A DNA stretch of 64,000 bases from the NCBI GenBank assembly GCA_039621445.1, contig CP154954.1, positions 41,595,572 to 41,659,571 of the forward strand. Reading direction: 5' to 3'. Below the pieces are notes generated by a model. The model was not told the DNA's origin. It ran no database searches and saw only the letters and a program-made list of their open reading frames with translations. Source of the DNA: Euglena gracilis (lineage: Eukaryota). The translations under genes were made by a program, and so were the position numbers. Numbering within the stretch: position 1 is the first letter of the stretch; each line of letters opens with the position of its first letter. Positions 26,302 to 38,140 of the stretch are shown piece after piece.

Positions 26302-28277
26302 GGCCCCGAGCGGATTTCCGGTGGTCGTCCTTGTGGTCGGGCCGACCATGACCCCCTGTGGAGGTCGGCCCGACCACCATTTTTTTGCACTACCCCCCCC
26401 CCTTTCTGGAGATTTAAGCCCCCCCCTGAAAAAAACTTTTGTCCAAATCACCCAACACCAGTCAAAACCCACTTAAATGGCTCCAGAACCCCCCAATCGG
26501 GGGTGAATATGCAAAAACTTGGAGGGAAAATGCCCATTTTGGGCCACTTTTGGCAAAAGAACACCTCTCCCCATCAGATTTTCAATATAATGGCAAAATT
26601 TTGCACAAAAAGGACTTAGCACTCAAGTATGTTACCAACATAGAGGAGATTTTGTTATTTGAGGGGGGGGTACGGGGGGGGGCTGCCCCCCCCCCCCCCG
26701 CCAATGCAAAAGTGAGCCACAAAAACAACTTAGCCCCCGAGTATGTTGCCAACTTAGAAGGGATTTTGTTATTTGAAGTTCGGATGGGATTTATCTGGGG
26801 GTGTTTACTTATTTGGACCCATCCGGACCATTTCCGGGTGATTTGGGCCCGCCACGGACCATTTTTATGACCACCGACTCGTTTGCATAGGATTTTCTTC
26901 ATGGGGGGGACTTAAACGTCGGCGGTACTGACCCGTTAGTACATTAGAGTGGGTGGTTGGCCGATTACCCAATACCCCCCCACCCCGTCTCGCCGACCAG
27001 CTACCGACCATTAACGTGACCCCCCCCCCCTATATGACACCCCCCCCTAATAGTCGCCCCCCCCTTGGGGGGGCGACAATTAGGGGGGGGGTTCCCATGG
27101 ACCCAAAGGAAATGTGGGGTAATTGAGTAACCCCCCCCTAATTGTCACCCCCCCCTAATAGTCGCCAGGGGGGGTCAAAACGCTCCCGGGGGGGTGCCAT
27201 TTAGGGGGGGGGTCACGTTAGTCGGCCGACTACCCCCCCCCCCGGTCTGCCGCCATGCGCCCCGAAGCCGCCTGGCCGAAGGCCGAAGGCCGCTGCAATT
27301 CAGAACCTGAAAAGTTGATGATGTTATTTAAAGGCGTACGGTTAGGGTCAAATTTCGATTTCTAACTGTCCCATCCCATCCCCTCAACGTCGTTAAATTG
27401 GTGTCTGCAGGGGACCCAGCGAACCCAAAGAGGCGCCCAACTAGGGTCCCCGAATGTGTATTACCACCCCCCCCCCCATATTGTCCCCCCCCCATATTGT
27501 CCCTCGGCCCGGCCGACGAGGGGTTTTTTTGGCTCGGTCAATGAAATTTCCTTTGGTACCCCCATATTGTCCCCCCCCCCCATATTGTCCCTTCGGGCCT
27601 CCTGGGGAGAGGTCGGTGGGACAATATGGGGGGGGGGGTGGTAACCCTAGTTGGGCGCCTCTTTGGGGTAGCTGGTCCCCTGCAGGCACCAATTCATCAC
27701 GCATCAGTCACCGACCCTTCAACTGGTCGATCGACCCTTCAACTAGTTGGTGGTAGGCTGCAGGGGGGGGGGGGGTCCTGGCCAATTGGTCGGTCGACCA
27801 GGCCTAGTCGGCAGCTAGTCGGCGAGACAGGGGGGGGGGGGCAGTTGGCCGACTATTCGGTGAAATACCCACTTTAATGTATTAATGAGTCAACCGCCGA
27901 CTTTTAAGCCCCCCCCTGAAAAAAACTTTGGATGGGGGTGGACGGGGGAGTTTTCTGCCTCTCGTGAGAGTCATGGCCAGTTTCCCCCCCCCAGGACCCC
28001 CCCCCAGGACCCCCCCAGGACAGAGTCCTGGGGGGGGGGGGACTGGCCAAAACTGCATTTCCGGGTGATTTGGGCCCGCCACAGACCATATTTATGACCA
28101 CCGACTAGCCACCAACGAGGGGGGGGGGGGCTTAAAAGTTCAAAAAAGGGGGGGGGTATTGCGGGAAAATGGTGGTCGGCCCGACCACCACAGGTCGGTT
28201 GACCACCACCACAGGTCGGCCCGACCATGGTCGGCCCGACCACCACGACGGCGACCACCGGAAATCCGCTCGGAGCC
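26302..28277. mobile_element. Independent insertion of the same Mutator-like foldback family, enlarged by nested MITEs
   Basis: Same TIRs; flanks ACCTTGCTT and ACCTTGATC (7/9 match); contains TA-flanked MITEs at ~27014-27217 and 27464-27641. Confidence 0.75.
27464..27641. mobile_element. TA-TSD MITE inserted in a hairpin repeat
   Basis: TA|CCACCCC...GGGGTGG|TA; other copies of the host hairpin show the empty site GTAT-TA-ACCCTAG. Confidence 0.8.
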
Positions 28278-28404
28278 ACCTTGATCTTCACACATGAGCA
28301 GTGCCAGACGGTATACTGGGGGGGGGGGGTCCTGGGTGGTCGGCCGACTAGGCCTGGTCGGCAGCTAGTCGGCGAGACGGGGGGGGGGGGGGGGGGGGTA
28401 GTGG

Positions 28405-28490
28405 GAAACTGGCCCGTAACTACATTAGAGTGGGTGGTCGGCCGACTAGTCGGCCGACCACCCACTCTAATGTAGTTACGGGCCAGTTTC
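28405..28490. repeat. Perfect 86-bp palindrome without spacer
   Basis: GAAACTGGCCCGTAAC...GCCGACT|AGTCGGC...GTTACGGGCCAGTTTC, centre 28447/28448. Confidence 0.95.
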
Positions 28491-28699
28491 GCCGACTTTT
28501 AAGCCCCCCCCCTGAGAAAAAACTTTTGTCCAAATCACCTCAACACCAGTCTAAACCCACCCAAATGGCTCCAGAACCCCCCAATCAGGGGTGAATATGC
28601 AAAAAAATTGGGGGAAAATGTCCATTTTGGGCCACTTTTGACAAAAGAACACCTCTCCCCGTTGTATATAAGTCAATATAAATCAAATTTTGCACAAAA

Positions 28700-29335
28700 A
28701 GGACTTGGCCCTCCAAGTATATTGCCAACATAGTAGGGATTTTGTTATTTGAGGGGGGGGGGTGCGGGGGGGCGGAGCCCCCCCCCCCGCCTATGCCAAA
28801 GTGAGCCACAAAAACGACTTAACCACAGAGTATGTTGCCAACATAGAAGGGATTTTGTTATTTGAGGGGGGGGGGTGCGGGGGGCGGAGCCCCCCCCCCC
28901 CGCGTATGCCAAAGTGAGCCACAAAAACGACTTAGCCCTGGAGTATGTTGCCAACATAGAAGGGATTTTGTTATTTGAGGGGGGGGGTGCGGGGGGGGGG
29001 GGGCGGAGCCCCCCTGTGTGCACTGTGGCTGTTTTTTTGGTGCCTTTTATCCCTTCTTCTGGCCTGGCGCTGTTGTTCGCCTCTGGCTCATTTTGTCTGT
29101 GTATGTGGAGGTGGCCGGAGCCTGGCGGGACTTACCTTGTTTACGACGCCGGCCACCAAGCGCCCGCCAGGCACATACTCCACTTTGGTTAGGGGGGGTC
29201 TCCTTCACCGTGACGACGCACCGGTTACTCCAGTCCGGGGGGGGCGGAGCCCCCCCCGCCTATGCCAAAGTGAGCCACAAAAACGACTTAGCCCCCGAGT
29301 ATGTTGCCAACACAGAAGGGATTTTGTCATCTGAG
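28700..29335. repeat. Degenerate ~115-120-bp repeats
   Basis: Recurrent GCCAAAGTGAGCCACAAAAACGACTTA...GTTGCCAACATAGAAGGGATTTTGTTATTTGAGG; also at 26600-26780. Confidence 0.8.
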
Positions 29336-30202
29336 GCTCGGATGGGGTGGAGGGGGGAGTTTTCAGCCTGTCGTGATGCAGAATGCTTGCATTTCTAAAG
29401 GATTTCCATGTAATCCCTGTTTCGTCATTGGTTTTTTACCCCTCCGGACCCCATCAAGGGCCCACCGACCCCCCACCGACCAAATATTTCCATCTGAGGG
29501 TGTTCCTGTTGGTGTAAGGCACTTATTTGGACCCATCCGGACCATTTCCGGGTGGTTTGGGCCCGCCACAGACCATTTTTATGACCACCGACTAGCCACC
29601 GACTGGTTTGCATACAATTTTCTTCATAAAAAGTCGGCAAGACTGGCCCGTAATTACATTAGAGTGGGTGGTCAGCCGACTAATCCGCCAACCACCCACT
29701 ACCCCCCCCCCCCGTCTCGCCGACTAGCTGCCGACCAGGCCTAGTCAGCCGACCAGTTGGGTGGTCGGCCGACTAGTCGGCCGACCACCAAGGACCCCCC
29801 CCCCAGTCTACCGCCTAGAGCCCACATGAGCACATGAGTGCAATAATAAAACCCAAACAGGTGGGCATTCTAGATAAAGGGACTTGTTGTTCAGGGGGGG
29901 GGGAACATGTGCACCTTGTCCAATTCTTGCAACACCTCGTCATGGTGTGTCTCATCATCGAAATAAGGCTTCTTCTCAACACCCTAGAAACCATCTTCCA
30001 CAAGCTCAAAACCGCAAAAGAAGCCTGGTCTGGATTTCCTGGACTTCCAGCAAAGGAGCTTCGCTTGTGGCGGTTTTTCAAAAAATGAGACATTACTTCA
30101 TTCTATGATGAAGAAAAGATGGCAATTGTAAAAACCTTCAAATATTTTTGGGCTGAGGGGGGGGGGTCTGTACCGACCCATATAGAAAATCGGGTCCCAA
30201 AA

Positions 30203-31587
30203 CAGGGCGGGATAGAGGCAGAGGTAGAGGTCAAAATCCTCTACCTCTATCTGACCCACCTCTACCTCTACCTCTACCTCTATGTCACCTCTATGTCCAT
30301 AAAATGTCATAAACTGGCACCAATAAGGGCCACAAAAGGCTCCAAATGCCTCAAATTTGGCAAAGTAGCATCTCAACGCATCTTATTTAGGTTAGGAATG
30401 AGAAAAAATATCCGGATGGGTGGTATCAAGAATTGCCATAGGAGGCCAAACCGCGGTTATCACCGCGGTTACACCGCGGTTACATCGCGGTTACGTGGGC
30501 AAGGTGCCTTGCAAGGTAGTGGAGGCAGAGTTTCGGGGGGCGTCGGCAAAATGGGAAATCCCCCCAAAGTAAGACCACCCGAAAAAACGGTAACCCTCCC
30601 AAATAACACCCCCCCCCCGGTGTGTTATTTGGGCACATGAACTGGAGCCCCAGGGAGGTGGGGTGGTGACACTTGTGAAAAGTGGTCGGAAAGATAAATA
30701 AAAAATTGTGAAATTTGGTGAAATTTCAGGTGCCGGAAATTTCATTCACCACCCTAAAGGAGGGGGGGGAGGTGTTATTTGGGTGTGTGCTATTTGACAC
30801 ATGGAAAACCAAAGGAAAACAGGGGGGTTGTTATTTTGGCGCTCGAAATCGGCCCCAGAGGGGGGGGTGGCATTTGGGGGTGTTATTTGGGGGGGGGTGT
30901 TATTTGGGGGGGTTTACTCCTTCGCTAAATGACCCCCACATCTAAAATGACAAGTCAGTTCTCTTGAGGCCAGAAACGGGTCATTATGAGGTTATTTGAA
31001 GGAGAAGAGTTAGGGTTGAGGTTCTTGCAAACAGTTTAACCCTTCTCGCTGAACGTCGCGGGGGGGGGTCGCGGGGGGAATGTGGCAGTTTTGATGGGTC
31101 ACACGTGACCAGTGTGACCTCACACACAACGTCACATGTGACCTACTTTTTGAACTTTTGTGTCCAAAAAGAGATCCAATTGGGAGTTTATCACACATTT
31201 TTGGCAATTTTGATTCCTAATTTGGGTGCTAATTCCTAATTAGGTGCCATTTTTTGGCACCCACTGGGATGCAGAAACCCTCCATGTGTGGGTCGCGGGG
31301 GGGGGGGGTCGTGGGGGTCGCGAGCGGTACACCCCCCTTGTTCTTTTTCTCACCGCGGTTACACCGCGGTTACACCGCGGTTATCTGGGCTCCTCCACAA
31401 GAGATTTGTGACAAGAATGGCCAATTTCTGATTTTTTCCATAAAATTGCCTTCGTTCGGCATAAATTTTCTTTGATAAGCCACTTTCTTCAAAAGTTTGA
31501 CATTGAGGTGACATAGAGCGATAGGTTAGGTAGAGGTGACCTCTACCTCTACCTCTATCTCTCTCCCTCTACCTCAATCCAGCCCTG
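30203..31587. mobile_element. CAG...CTG-ended element with (AGAGGT)n subterminal repeats
   Basis: CAGGGCGGGATAGAGG.../...CCTCAATCCAGCCCTG; degenerate 8-bp flanks; internal CCGCGGTTACA repeats and a nested TA-flanked MITE at ~30593-30913. Confidence 0.6.
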
Positions 31588-32169
31588 CCCGAAAGCACCA
31601 TCTGCGCCAAAATTTCCATCCAATGTGCCCCCCTCCCAAACTACCATGCCCCCCTCATATGAGACCCCCCCTGGCCGGCCGAAGGCCGGCCCTTTGGCCG
31701 GGACCGACCCCCCCCCCATATTAGACCCCCCCATGTAAGATCCCCCCCCTAGGATTTTGGCTCCCGGGGGGGGGTCTTATATGGGGGGCATGGTAATGGG
31801 TACCCTCACCCCCCCCCTCAAAGTGGCCACCCTCCAGGCACCGTGGGACCCCAAAATGGCCACTCTGGGAGGGGGGACACTTTGAGGGGTCAAATCTTGG
31901 CCTTCGGCGCCAAAAGCGCCGAAGGAAAATGGCCACTTTGAGGGGGGCCCGCAATTTGGTCACCCGCGATTTTCCGACCGGGGCCCCTTTGGGGGGTCCT
32001 GAAGCAACATTAATACTATACCTTTCCGATTATTTTCCCTGGTCGATTATTTCCCCCCCACTTTCGTCCCCGGGCGATTATTTCCCCCCCCAAAATTTTT
32101 TGGACTTTCTGGGTGACAAACGCAAAGGAAAGTGCTCATGATGCTGATGCGCTTGATGCTGTGCTCAAC

Positions 32170-32311
32170 TCACTTACGACGAGGGCGCAGATTGTTTATT
32201 TGTGCATGCAGTTCTGCTGCAAGCTGCGCGTCAAGCTGGGCAGCGATGGCATCGACATCGGCAGCCGGAGCATCGTCACGACACTCGGCATAACGGGCAT
32301 AACAAAAGTAC
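32170..32311 (-). pseudogene. Exon-like coding fragment
   Basis: TGCAG acceptor then YFCYARYAECRDDAPAADVDAIAAQLDAQLAAELHAQINNLRPRRK-stop; unique, protein-like sequence among repeats; family not recognised. Confidence 0.4.
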
Positions 32312-32415
32312 CTGCAGCGGGGGACCCGGGCGATTATTCCCCCCCCTGGTTTCCAGCTCCGTGGGGGGGGAATAAGGGTAGTTGCCTTTTTATTTTTTTA
32401 AAAACGTGTTCAGCC

Positions 32416-32845
32416 CAGGCATTTGCATAAGGGATTGCAGTACCCCCCCGGGGGGGGGCTGGACTGCAGCTAGTCCAAATTTGGCTAGTGGGTTTTCTAG
32501 CAGACCCCCCCCCCGGGGGGGGGTCTGCTAGCAGGGCTAGCTAGTGGAAAAATTTTTTCCAGTGACCGGCGCGAAGCGCCGAAAATTTTTTTTGGGACCC
32601 CCCAAAATGGCCAAAAATGCCCGTTTTTGGCCATTTTTGGAAATTTTTGGAACAAAATCAGCCAAAAACCTATTAAAAACCTCAATTTTCCTCCGGCGCT
32701 GTGCGCCGGAGGAAAATTTTTTTTCCACCCCCCCCCCCCCGCCTCCCGGGGGGGGGAGGGGGGGTTGAGCTAGGCCTCTTTTTCCAGTGTCTAGCCGATT
32801 GGCTAGCCAGTACCCCCCCCCCGGGGGTCCTTAAGCAAAAGCCTG
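32416..32845. mobile_element. hAT-like MITE, 430 bp
   Basis: TIR CAGGCATTTGCATAAGG / CCTTAAGCAAAAGCCTG; perfect TSD GTTCAGCC at 32408-32415 and 32846-32853. Confidence 0.9.
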
Positions 32846-33144
32846 GTTCAGCCCGCCAAATGCCTGCCCTGAAATTTGTGGTCATGAACACGTTTTCAAT
32901 GAGGGCATTTGTGGCAATGACACGTTTTCAGTGAAGGCATCTGTGTTTAGTCACGTTTTCAGTGAGGGCATCTGTGGCAACCCCCAGCAAGAAACGAAAA
33001 TCGCCATCAGGAAAAATCGGCGTGCAGTTGAGAGGCCGGGTGGTCCTCAACGGGTGAGGCGGGTCAGGGGCACTCTACAACACAAAGAAGACGACAACAA
33101 GAAGGCTAGGTTGCCTTGGCAAAACGACAAGGAAGGGGCGAAAA

Positions 33145-33312
33145 TCACGGCACACGACAGGCTTTACACAAAAAAGAGCCATACTTTGGTGGCCGCCGCA
33201 AATCTTGGCAATGAAAATGATATGCCAAACCGCAGGCGTCACACACAACTTTGTTCAGCTCCACACAATTTGGATTTTTCGGAATGGCAACACCACAAAA
33301 ACCACATTTCTC
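33145..33312 (-). pseudogene. Exon-like fragment encoding a PHD finger (orphan gene or transposon remnant)
   Basis: After a CAG acceptor: EKCGFCG...VCDACGLAYHFHCQDLRRPPKYGSFLCKAC, a C4HC3 PHD pattern; partner exons not established. Confidence 0.65.
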
Positions 33313-34187
33313 CTGTTTTATAGGCAGTCGGGACACAACACGAGGCACAGGGGGTTGGTCAGGGGAGGGAACAGAGCTGACCCTTCGGGGGCCCCCTGGC
33401 TGAACATGTTTTCAGGCTGAAATCTGGGCTCAGCCACAATTTGTGTATTAAAAAAAAACAAAAAAAATGTGTTTTTTGAAAAAAACGCCAAAAAAACATC
33501 AAAAAAAAACAAAAGGAAAATTTCATTGAAAAAACTCGTTATGAAACACCCAAACCATACTTCATACTTCAAATCCTACTAAGTTCAAAAATTGCCAAAA
33601 AATGGTCAAACATCCAAAAAATGCAAAAAATTCAACTTTATGACTTTTTTCATTTTTTTTGTGAGGAAATTCTTGGCAGAAATGACCTAAAGCTTGCCAA
33701 AAATGATTGAAAATATGCATTCAAAATTTTTTTCTGAGCAAAACCTTGTTGGCGTTTTTTTGTTTTTTTTTAAAAAAACATTGTTAAAATTAAAAAAAAC
33801 AAAAAAACAAAAAAGCAGCGTCCAAAAAAAAACAAGCTGCCAACTATGCCTGCGGCTCCTACGGCCTCCTCCGGGGGGGGGGCTATGCCCCCCCCGCCCA
33901 AAATAACAAAATCCCCCTCGTATGTGCAAGGCAAGATGGCCAAAACGCACCCCCTAACAAAATTAGTCAGCCTACGGCCTCTTCCGTGGGGAGGGCTGCC
34001 CCCCCGGACCCGCCCAAAAAAACAAAATCCCCTGACCAAATCGCGCACCTTAATGAACTTAGTCGGCCTTCAAACTTTGGTGCTTGGTGGGCAAAATAGC
34101 CCCTCTGTATGTTCCACAGGGTTGGGCCAAGAGTTTGTATGCTTCTGAAATGGAAAACCATGGAGGTTGTTTCTACTGACCACATGG

Positions 34188-34815
34188 CAGGGTTGACGTT
34201 TTTTTGTTTTTTTAAAAAAAACAAAAAAACATGTTTTTTTTAAAAAAAACGCAAAAAAACATGTTTCCTTGAAAAAGCAAAAATTGACGTTTTTCCTTGC
34301 GAAATGACCATTTTTTGAAGAAAATTTTTCGCGGGTGGTTCGGGTCACGAGGGGGGGGGTCACAGGGGGGGGTCACGAGGGGGGGGGGGTCACATTTTCG
34401 CCAGATTAGAAATCACCAAAAACGAATTTTTGGGAAAAAATTCTTTTTAGGCTCCAAAATAGGAATCCCCCAAACGAAAATCAGGAAACCTACCGGAATA
34501 TTTTGCCAAATTAGGCATCACCGGCCAATTTTTTCAGAAAAAATGGCCGAAACGGGTGTTAGGTCGGGTTGGGGGAGGGGGGTCATGGGGGAAACACCCC
34601 CTGTGAAGTTTTTTTTTTCAAATGTGTGAAAGTATTTCCAAATCTGTGTTTTCTGGTGCGAAAAATCATGCTTTCAACCCAAAAAAAATGAATGTTGTGG
34701 AGATAAAAAATGCACTTTTTCCCAAAAAAAACATTGCAAAAAATTTTTCCCCAAACCCTCCATGGCGTTTTTTTTGTTTTTTTTTGTTTCAAAAAAAAAC
34801 AAGCCGTCAACCTTG
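34188..34815. mobile_element. hAT-like MITE, 628 bp
   Basis: TIR CAGGGTTGACG / CGTCAACCTTG; perfect TSD CCACATGG; homologous empty site at ~25801-25825. Confidence 0.9.
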
Positions 34816-35544
34816 CCACATGGTCGGCCTAACCTACAGTCAAAAGTCCTTTGAAAAAAGGGGGGGGGGTGATGCGGTTCATTGGCTATTCTTATCGACC
34901 TCCAGAGGTCGGGCCGACCATGGGTAGTGCAATGAAATTTGCCATCTGGGGACAGGGGTGTAGAAAGCGGGGGTCGGGGGGCGGGATTTTGGAAAGAAAT
35001 TTTTTTTGGCATGAGTATGATATTTTCCTTTGCAATGACATGATCAATGGTTTGAAGGGCGTTACCATCTCGGCTGCCTTCGGCAGCCACCTTACCAGTT
35101 AAAAATCGCATTTCTGGAAAATGAAATTGCAAAATCCATTACCGTCTCGGCCGCCTTTGGCGGCCGAAATAAAGCCGTTGAGGCTCCTCCTTTAATACTA
35201 ATTTTTTTTGGGGATTCTACCCATGATTTCGCTTTCTAGTTTGATTTTTTGGCATTGGAGGCTAGGTAGTCCACTTCGGGACCCCGGACTCCCCCTCCCC
35301 CCCTCCCCCCCTGTTCAGTTCACTTCGGAAGTGCACCTGGGGGTCCCGAGACCCCCCACCCCCGTGAACCTGAACGTGCTACCAGCGAAAAGGGTATTTT
35401 TCAAAAAATTTCGGCGCCTTTAGCGCCGGACCCCTCCTCCGAGAAGTCAACATGTCCAGTTCAGTTCGGAAGTGAATAGGGGAGGTGCGGACCCCCCCCT
35501 GTACCCGGGCTCCTTGGACTTCAAAGAGACGTTAGCGTCTCGGC

Positions 35545-35846
35545 CAGGGGTTTTTTTAAGACCAGGGGGGAGGGGGTCGGCACCCACCCAACCACCCCCC
35601 TGGGGTGGGCCCCCCCGGGGGGGAGGGGGGGGTCCTGGAGGACCCACCCACTTTTGCCCGAAAATGGCCAAAAAGTGCCAAAAATAACACCCTTTTCAAA
35701 ATTTTCGGCGCCTTTGGCGCCAAAAAAGATATACCCACCAGCCCCAACCCCCCCCCCCCCCGGGGGGGAGGGGGGGCCAAGGGACCCACCCACTACCCCC
35801 CCCCCCCAGGGGAGGGGGAGGGGGTCCAAGACTAAAAAAACCCATG
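35545..35846. mobile_element. hAT-like MITE, 302 bp
   Basis: TIR CAGGGGTTTTTTTA / TAAAAAAACCCATG; perfect TSD GTCTCGGC. Confidence 0.88.
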
Positions 35847-35854
35847 GTCTCGGC

Positions 35855-36279
35855 CATAGCTGGCACTTCGTTTAAAACGAAGTCAAAAAAAACACGTTTT
35901 TTTAAAAAAAAACATGTTTTTTTAAAAAAAAACAAAAAAACGCCATTGAGGGCCCAGGGCAAAAAATTTTTTTGCCTTTAATTTTAGCTTTTTTTTGCCC
36001 ATCAGGAAGAGAAAGACACCAAATTTGGGATGTTTCAAGTTGAAACATCCCAAAATGGCAGAAAAATGCCCTATTTTGACCATTCTTGTTGAAGACCTCC
36101 AAAAGTATTGGTTTTCAAGTCATTTGAGCTAAGATTGGTTCACCGTTGCGATCAAAGGCAAAATTTGGACCATCATTTTCCCCTTTGTTTTTTTTGCCGT
36201 TTTTTTGCCTGTTTTTTTTAATAAAAAACAAAAAAAAAAACGTTTTTTTAAAAAAACAAAAAAAAAAACGCCAGCTATG
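35855..36279. mobile_element. hAT-like MITE, 425 bp, adjacent to the previous one
   Basis: TIR CATAGCTGGC / GCCAGCTATG; TSD GTCTCGGC at 35847-35854 and 36280-36287. Confidence 0.88.
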
Positions 36280-37093
36280 GTCTCGGCCCCTTCAGGGCCA
36301 GGAGGACAGAAAAAAATACATTCGTTGTGCCAAGAACATTTTTTTTGGCTCGCCTCCCCCGGGAAAAAATTGTTCCTACACCTATGTCTGGGGACCATTG
36401 GGTTGGGTGTTGTTTTGAGATAAAAGTACTGTGAAGTGTGGAAAAATCTCATGGCCACCGCTGGTGAGTCAGCTGGTTTGACGCATGGACAAGATCGGGT
36501 GGGGGAGAGCATTTTTGGCCATTTGACCCCTAGGGTCAAAAAATTTTTTGGTCCTTTGCGCCAAAAATTTGTTCGGTCCAACCCGGCTTCACCAGGCTGC
36601 AAAAACTATATCACCACTTGACCATTGGGATGCTGTTCAAACTTTTTACTCATCGCAACTCTTTTGTGTTGGTGATGAGTAAAATGTCCATTTTCTTTCT
36701 GTCCACCCAGGAGTTACGGCCAAAATTAGACATGGTGTCTTAAACTAAGACTGCTTCCCCAATAAAGACATTTCACATGAAGATTCTTGTCATCACACGC
36801 GTCACACGGCAGGCACAGGATATATTTTTTAAAACTTTCATGGGCGGCGCCTTTCCTTTTGTGCTCCCATTGTCCCCCCCCACTCGTCATTAGTTAAAGG
36901 GAATTTCCGAAGCTTGAGTATCATGTGTTGCTTTGTTCAGCAGCAGTGGTGCTAATTCAGTTGAGCTTTAGTTTTAGTTTAGTTTTATTTGCTATTGGCA
37001 GAAATTGAGATTGAAAAAGAAGCCCATTGCTCCAAAATGTAGTCCCTGTGGTGACGCCCGCGATTCCGAATTAGGGTCTCCACCCGTTTGTGG

Positions 37094-38140
37094 ATGGAGC
37101 AATCTGGTTGTGAGGCCGAGAAGGCAAAGTATTTCTCTTTCCTCCCCCTAATATTTAATTAAATTTTTTTAGGTTTCCAGGAGTTTTTGTTCGCCATAAG
37201 GGACACAAGGAAGCCGCAGCTGTCACGTCGTTGACTAAGAAATTCGAAAATCTTAGGCGGCCAGCCAAAGTTGAATCTGAGCTGGATTCCCCCAAGTCCA
37301 ACCAAAGTGAGGTTAGTCTGTCTTTCTGGATCGTTGCCGATTTGAACGTTTTAGGATTTCGCAGTGTCGTCCTGCACATCAACAACTTCCAGTGTGGCCC
37401 AGGTTTTTGTTTTCAATAATCTTCATTTTTCTTTTTTATTCCGCGAAGGCCCCAGTTTGCAATGGCCCACCAGATGGAGTGTTAACAACACCAGAGATCG
37501 AAGTTGTTGCAGTTGACATGGTGGATGGTGGAAAATCAGACTTTGGGAAATTGAGGAGATCGAAGCGAAAGAAGAGCAAGGATAAGAGCTCAGAGGTTGG
37601 CTGCTTTCTGTCAACATTTTTTTCAACGCTCGCATACCAGGACAACACTGCCCTTGACCCCGTTCGATATAAGACAAAGTTGTGCAAGAATTGGCAGCAG
37701 CAAGAGAAGTGTCCCTATGGTCCACGGTGCTTATTTGCACATGGCACCAAAGAAATGCGAACTTATTCCGTTAACAGCAGTGCGATTAATACCGCGTGCA
37801 ACAGCTCGTGTGTTTTGCTCCTTGTGTGGCTCCTTCCCTCTTTACACTCAAACTTTGCAGGTCTCCTGAGCGCCAGTTTTATGCACTGGGGCACTTCCCC
37901 AACTTCATGCCAGTCCCATTCGACAACGAGGACCAGAAGGAAGCAGTGCAACCCGAGGAGCCCGAAAAAGCCCTCGAATCGACGACCAAAACTGAGACCA
38001 CAACAGGTCAATATACTCACTCCCCGTACTCTTCTACTTCGGCCCCTTATGTGTTGGAATCATGCCCAGCACAGCAGTCTCAATATCAAGCACAAGAATG
38101 CAGCACAATGTGGTTCTTGGAAGTACCTTTTTTCACCTGA
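37094..38140 (+). CDS. Single CCCH (C-x8-C-x5-C-x3-H) zinc-finger RNA-binding protein, TIS11/kinetoplastid ZC3H11-12-like, 6 exons, ~271 aa
   Basis: Exons 37094-37128, 37173-37311, 37355-37402, 37449-37595, 37641-37807, 37861-38140 join in frame via GT-AG introns of 44, 43, 46, 45, 53 nt. Finger RYKTKLCKNWQQQEKCPYGPRCLFAHGTKEMR; C-terminal YTHSPY. The start codon is the least certain part. Confidence 0.85.

Noticed and set aside
29815-30110. Coding remnant
   Set aside because: A short acidic minus-strand frame is interrupted by a stop and no family is recognisable.
1-31900. Many short ORFs in the ORF track
   Set aside because: They come from homopolymer-rich repeats, shift frame between near-identical copies and contain no recognisable domains.
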